Below are positions 58,432-64,000 of a stretch of 64,000 bases of DNA, piece by piece. The notes under the pieces are model-generated. The model saw nothing but the letters and a program-made list of their open reading frames with translations, was not told where the DNA came from and did not search any database. The position numbers and the translations under genes were made by a program. Within the stretch, counting starts at the first letter, position 1, and each line of letters starts with the position of its first letter. The DNA comes from Piedraia hortae CBS 480.64 (taxonomy: Eukaryota): NCBI GenBank assembly GCA_010093745.1, contig MU005965.1, positions 310,001 through 374,000 on the forward strand, written 5' to 3'.

Positions 58432-59758
58432 CTACTCCCCTATTGAGATCATCGCACGTTCCCACTCTTGTAGACGATACACATTGGGGTCCATGCATTG
58501 AAGTATGAGCACGTAGGTCAGGCGCATATCGTTGTCAAGCCTCATTCCCCACATTTCAAAGAATTCCAAGAAATCCACAAACTTCATCTGCGATATCTTG
58601 CTGAAACGAAGATGGAGACCAAGAGTATGTCGCAAGTCGCGTGCGTACGACAGACCTTCCCTCTCCTGCCGTGTTGCCCTTGGTCTCATGTTTCGTTTCG
58701 TGAGGGGTTCCACGTCAAGCTGATGGTTCAAGAGCTGCCTCATTGAGCCCGGGGCTGGCCCCAGCAGTGTAGAGTAACGAATATCAGCTGCAAGCCTAGA
58801 GAGTGCCTGTGGCCAGTCAAGTCCAAAGAGGATCTGCAAATTATAATTCGTGAAGAGGCCTGATTGTAGGAGACGGCGGATGGGTTTCCTGGAATCATAA
58901 ATTAAATCTTGTTATTCCTCGCATAGTGATACTCACGAAAACCCCTCAAACTGACCCAATTCTGATGGCAACATGATATTTGCGCGGCGTGCAAGCTCAT
59001 GGCGCTCATCGGAAACGGGTGACTTGCGTACAAAGGTCCGCAATGCGTCAGAGATTGGTCCCATATTTGTGCATTCATACATGTGTCTGTGCCTGGTTGC
59101 CGCTTGGCAATCCAACGTACAAAATCGAATATCCGCTGAGTGGAGGCATCGCATACGTATAACGCCGCGGCGTGGTCGCAGCCCCGCAACGCAATAGGGG
59201 CAGTTTGATGTATTTTTACCGCCTGTGATCCCAAGCCCGTATGCAAAGATCGGAGCAAAATGCCAGGTGCTCAAAGCTCTGTTGAACATCATGTCGACAA
59301 TGGGATTTGTCTCGTGAATAATCTTTAAATCTTCGCGTATGTTCAAATAGTTTAGTACTTCCATCATTGGCCTTCGCAGAGACTCGTTTCCGCAATACCA
59401 TCTTGTTGGTGCACATGGGTAGTCTGGCCGTAACCACTGGAGTCCTGGATCTTCAGATTGATCCACGAAGGCTCTGAACAAGAGCTCCACGGCATTTATA
59501 GCTCTTTTTACCTCTGTATCTTGTCCGAATATTTTCCGGAGCCCCGCAAGCAAGCAGCGGTCACTCGTAGTGTGCATGGCAAATACGTACTCCTGATCGG
59601 GGGCCAGAAGCGTGGTACGGAAGCCAAAAATCCATTCATTAGGCACCCTGTTTGAAATATCAGTACGTATTCGGTAGATACCACTATAACCAATACCAGG
59701 GGTCAAGACCAAATGTTGGTGGTAGTGCATTAAAATCTTCCACCAACATTGAGTTCAT
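58432..59758 (-). CDS. MYND-like zinc-finger orphan protein, copy 3 (409 aa; introns 59648-59696 and 58889-58936)
   Basis: Exons of 62+711+457 nt give an open 410-codon frame; CPYC-x14-CLHS-x4-FCTLDCQ-x6-HMYEC. Confidence 0.8.
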
Positions 59759-59876
59759 GTTGTATCTACTATGTTTGGTTGTGTTGTGAAATTAAAGTGA
59801 TGATATGTCAGCGCTCTTCCGATACATCGTACTTTCCAAATTCGATCGAATGCGACAGATGACTACACAACATGCG

Positions 59877-60400
59877 TCAATCACTGACAATTGAGACCGT
59901 ATGACAAGCACTAAGCTTGAGCCTGATAATGAGTTCTCTGGGTCTTGTAGCCAAATTTGCCACAAATCAAGTCCAAGTCATTCGCGCAAATATTTCAACA
60001 AAGCAACCAACAGCCTCCAAGTCATGATATCGTATCTTGATCAACCTCATCGTCGCCCTCAACTTCCAAGCTAGAACCTTATTGGATAATGTTCCATCAA
60101 AGTTAGGCGAGTAGGACAACAGAAGGTCCTATAAAGGTGTCTTCCGAAAGTTCCATCAGCTTCATGCTATCACGATCTCCATTGCTTCAGGCAAACAGAT
60201 ACTGCCTTTCAAGGTTGCAAAACTTTGTTGCCATCGTGCTTATTAGTGCACTGCTGTCAATTACTGTTACCGATTGTTCCCAAATACACGTGAGTGGAAA
60301 ATATTTCGATGAGGCCTGGAATGGAGTATGCATCGACACGGGCTTGCCTGTTTCTCCATCCGAACCAAAGGTAACGAAAAACAGTATTTCCATTGGGGCA
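59877..60400 (-). pseudogene. Degraded unknown gene 'Y', second copy
   Basis: DNA similar to 51928-52400; several stops. Confidence 0.4.
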
Positions 60401-60779
60401 GCAAAAGTGATTGTGTGTTCTCGCAGTTTCATTGGCCACGCGTCCGACCTCTCTGTTTTGATACATGACTCGGCATGTGAATGTCATAAAAAAGAAGCAC
60501 ACTACACCTACTCCGTCGCCATCTAATGAATAATGAGAGGGGACACTTCCAATCGTGACGGAACCGGCAGAATAATAGTACTTGAGCAGTTTGGTGGAGG
60601 TCGAGGTTCCAAAACATTCCTCGCACTTGAAGATTTGATGATGATCCCCACAACAAGTGCGTGAGCAATCACAAACGTTCACCGTCGACAGAAAAGGAGC
60701 CTGTACAAGTTTGATACATTCCGATAGTCGATACTTTACTCACGAAGATTTCTGTACTAACCAGAGCTCGATCAAGGTT

Positions 60780-61330
60780 CTACTCCTTTGCAATCAGCGC
60801 GCGCATTTGCGGCGCAAAATGTTGTCAAATACCCATCCGTTGGATCGAAGGAAGTTCATGGAATTCTCATACGTCATCTGCAATTGGTGGCGCAAAAGCG
60901 CTTGCAAGCTCAGTAAGCGCCATACGATTATCATCTCCTGCTCTGTTGGCCCTGGCGTCATGTTTTTTTTTTTCGTGAGAGGTTCCACGTCAAGCTTATT
61001 ATCCAGGAGCTGCTTATTGAGCCTGGGGCTGGCTCCAGCAATGTAAATGAGCGAATGTCGTCCACAAGCATAGTTAGTGCAGACTCCCAGTATCGTCCGA
61101 AAGGTTTGTGCATGTTTTTGTTATTAAAGAGGCCAGATTGGAGCAATCAACGAATGGTTTTTCTGGGATAACAAATCAGATTAACTGTGTCATCTGTTGA
61201 ATCATAATACTTACGTGAAACCCTTGAATTGACCTATTCCGCATGGCAACATGATACTTGCGCGATGTGCGAGCTCACAGCTCTCAACAGACATTGATGC
61301 ATCTCTCATAGACATCATCAACGCGCTAAG
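60780..61330 (-). pseudogene. MYND-like family gene, copy 4 (5'-truncated, frameshifted)
   Basis: IGQFKGF followed by intron 2, then LLQSGLF...LVDDIR.FTLL.PAPGS. Shares downstream CTAACCAGAGCTCGATCAA with copy 3; frameshift near the T-run at ~60964. Confidence 0.8.
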
Positions 61331-62540
61331 AACTGCCAGCTACCCGATGCCACGGTAAAACCAACTGCCCTTCGAGATGGCGACATATTGTTTCCATTGT
61401 GCTCATCAAGAACACGGCGTCTTTTAACGTCCACAAGCGCGAATACCGCATTCACTCAGTTCGCACTTCAGTAGATCCTTTCATTTGGATTGACACAGGC
61501 ATGCCTCCATGTCCTCGCTGATATTCGTCCTCTGACTTGTGCTTAATTCAAAGCCCTAACGCATAAAGCTGCACGTTCACACAAATTGCATGCTGGCTTG
61601 CGGCTTGTCGGGATGGCATCTACTGTAACGGACTGGCTTGTCGGACGCACCCTGCGACCGTCTGATCATTTTGCGGCAAAGGACAGTTATGGATAAGGCA
61701 ACCCATTTCAGAAGCGACTGCTTAGGTCACAGAGATCCTGCTCTTCTTGATCGTCATGACATGTTGCTGGAAATGCAAGACGTGGGTCTGACGAACAGCA
61801 AGACAAAGCCACTTTGCGGAGCAACTAATCCAACATCTTGCCAACATCTACGAGGGTACAACAAGGACAGCTTTTATGAGCTAGTAGAATTTCTAGTACT
61901 GGCGCAACTTGAGGAAAATCGACTAACCAGAAGTCCTCCAAGACGACCACACAGTCAAGCTCAGGACCAGAGCATTGTGAGTCAACAACCTCTTCCAATT
62001 CAAGTTACCCTAAAGGATACCATCACTTAGACGACATTGGATGAACAAGAGTATGAAGGCGAGCTTTGCTTGTAGACGACGCAGATTTGGTAGACGTTCT
62101 AACTGGATCTACACGCCATTCAGGCGGGCTGCATACGAACCAACAGATATGTGGGACGACCATGGTTTTTCCCCCCCTTCAAAGTCCGACGGACTCAGGG
62201 GACGACTTGGAATATAGTGCCCGCAGTTGACCGAGGCGAGCCTCAAAGTGCTGCTTGTTCTTAAACTTGTCGACGAGAGCTGACTACAGGAGAGCCAGCC
62301 CTATGTCTCGTCGAACTGTCGCAGCACATGCCGAGCGCGCGCCCGACGTGCACTGGACACAAGTCTGTGATGTTGAAGAGAAGGAGAAATTTGGAAGTCG
62401 TGGGGACAAAAGTGTGGAGCATAAGCACGCTAGCCGAAACAGGTAGACTAGCAGTACACTAGCCGAATGGGGAAGACTGCCGACGACAGGGGATTACCAA
62501 ACAGTCGGCCAGACAGCGCCCACGCAACGCATCATATACA

Positions 62541-64000
62541 ATGGATGCAGCTCAGATAGAGGCGATGAATCAGGTCCGTGCCTCTCTTGGCATGGCGCCG
62601 CTGCCCGTACCGGGTGTGGGAGCGACACACGAGGCAGACGCAAGCGACGATGATTTCAGCACGCTTGAAAAGCGTGAGGCTGCAGGCGCATCCAACTTCC
62701 AGCGGCTGGAGAAGGAAAGACAAGACAAGATCGAGCGCGAGCAGCGGAAGGCGCAGGCAATGAAGGCCCGAGAGATGGCCCAGCGACATGCGAAACTAAA
62801 AGGCAAGGGACTGGGGGATGAAGATGAGGAAGGGGACCAGGATACCAGGAGCTGGCTGCTTGGGCAGAAAAAGAGGCAGAAAGAAATCGAAAAAGCCCGT
62901 AAAATGGAGGCCGAGCTGGCCGAAAGGTTAAAGGCAGAGGCGGCGGAATACACCTCCAAGGACCTTGCGGGCGCCCTCATTGCGCACGACGTGGCTGACT
63001 TTGACGATGATGCCGAACACATTCTCACACTCAAGGATGCCGTTATTGGCGAAGATAGCGGCGAGGACGAGCTGGAGAGCTCGGTGCTCCGAGCAAAAGA
63101 GAAATTGGAGGAGAATCTGAAACGAAAAAAGAAGCGGCCTGCGTACGATCCAACGGAGCAGAATGAGGATCAGGCGATTCTGTCAAAGTATGATGAGGAA
63201 ATTGAAGGCAAGAAACAGAAACGCTTCGCTCTAGGCGCCCAGGGCCAAGCTGTGGAAGAGACCGTGGAAGCAGAAACCTCGGGGAAGGGAATCAAGATAA
63301 ATCTGGATATGTTGGATGAGACCAAGCCCGTATCAGACTATTTGGAGCCAACCAAGTTCAAGGTTAAAAAGCCGAAGAAGAAGAACATCAAACGAAGGGA
63401 GGAGAGGGACGATGGGCTGGAGACAGGGGATTTGCCCGTGGCAATGGATGTGGACGAGAATGCTGTAGCTAGAAAACGCCCACTCGAGGTTGACGACGAC
63501 GATCTCCAGGATCGATTAGCGCAGCAGCGGCAAAAGACCCTCAAGAAGCGCAAGAAGATGGACGCCGCTGAATTGGCACGACAAATGCGGGATGAAATGC
63601 AAGTCGATGAGCAAAACGATGAAGAAGGCGGCGTCATCGTCGACGAGACCACCGAGTTTATCGCCGGTCTGAGGAAGCCCGAGCTGGACGCCGAGAGGCC
63701 TTTGCACGCCCGGGCTGCGTCTGATGATAAGGACGAGGAAATACAGGACGTGGGAATCAAGCAAGAAACAGCAGCAGCAAAAGCCGGAGAAGGACCGGAG
63801 CTCTCAACAACTGGCCTCGAAGAAGAGACTATGGTTGGAAATCAAGGAATTGGCGCCATGATGTCGATGCTGCGGAAACGTGGCATTGTTGGTGACTCAG
63901 ACTCTGCACTCCAAACCGAAAAGGAACGACAGCGGGCAAGACTGAAGGCGGAGATGGAGCGGTTGGCTCAGGACTACGATGCCAAAGCCCGGGCTCAACG
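62541..64000 (+). CDS. SNU66: U4/U6.U5 tri-snRNP protein Snu66/SART1; runs off the window
   Basis: Absent from the ORF track because no stop lies in the window. ATG 62541 gives MDAAQIEAMNQVRASLGMAPLP (HIND-like), EYTSKDLAG..IAHD, ILTLKD and ILSKYDEEIEG. Confidence 0.92.
   Translation, partial: MDAAQIEAMNQVRASLGMAPLPVPGVGATHEADASDDDFSTLEKREAAGASNFQRLEKERQDKIEREQRKAQAMKAREMAQRHAKLKGKGLGDEDEEGDQDTRSWLLGQKKRQKEIEKARKMEAELAERLKAEAAEYTSKDLAGALIAHDVADFDDDAEHILTLKDAVIGEDSGEDELESSVLRAKEKLEENLKRKKKRPAYDPTEQNEDQAILSKYDEEIEGKKQKRFALGAQGQAVEETVEAETSGKGIKINLDMLDETKPVSDYLEPTKFKVKKPKKKNIKRREERDDGLETGDLPVAMDVDENAVARKRPLEVDDDDLQDRLAQQRQKTLKKRKKMDAAELARQMRDEMQVDEQNDEEGGVIVDETTEFIAGLRKPELDAERPLHARAASDDKDEEIQDVGIKQETAAAKAGEGPELSTTGLEEETMVGNQGIGAMMSMLRKRGIVGDSDSALQTEKERQRARLKAEMERLAQDYDAKARAQ

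Noticed and set aside
59648..59730. ORF-track start MHYHQHLV for the MYND-like gene
   Set aside because: It reads through a predicted intron whose position is shared with copy 2; ATG 59758 gives a homologous exon 1.
1..64000. tRNA, rRNA, snRNA genes or CRISPR arrays
   Set aside because: None recognised by eye; a tRNAscan-SE or Infernal run would be needed to exclude small RNAs.

Overview
Nuclear DNA from a filamentous ascomycete (Pezizomycotina, inferred from gene content). It has very short GT-AG introns (44-56 nt) and tightly packed genes. Conserved housekeeping genes: mitochondrial RNase II cyt-4/DSS1 (runs off the left edge), a Tim17-like membrane protein, a minimal RhoGAP, IQGAP, msrA, TIM50, a GH47 EDEM-type mannosidase, an FCY2-type permease, SSN6/CYC8, cmkB, EAF3, a CPD photolyase and SNU66 (runs off the right edge). 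These alternate with accessory blocks at about 5.6-11.3, 17.5-27.9, 41.4-43.8 and 47-62 kb. The accessory blocks hold three families of solo LTRs (three copies with perfect 5-bp target-site duplications), relics of hAT, Gypsy, Copia and Helitron elements, F-box-like genes and a possible tyrosine-recombinase relic. The most notable structure is a duplicated cassette at 49.7-61.3 kb. It contains four copies (two intact, 3-exon) of an unrecognised ~407-aa gene with a degenerate MYND-like zinc finger, paired tail-to-tail with a small basic orphan gene whose family also occurs at 21-24 kb. Recurrent C/A-rich to G/T-rich strand-skew switches, independent of gene orientation, are also visible. All calls come from reading the sequence by eye; no database search was run.
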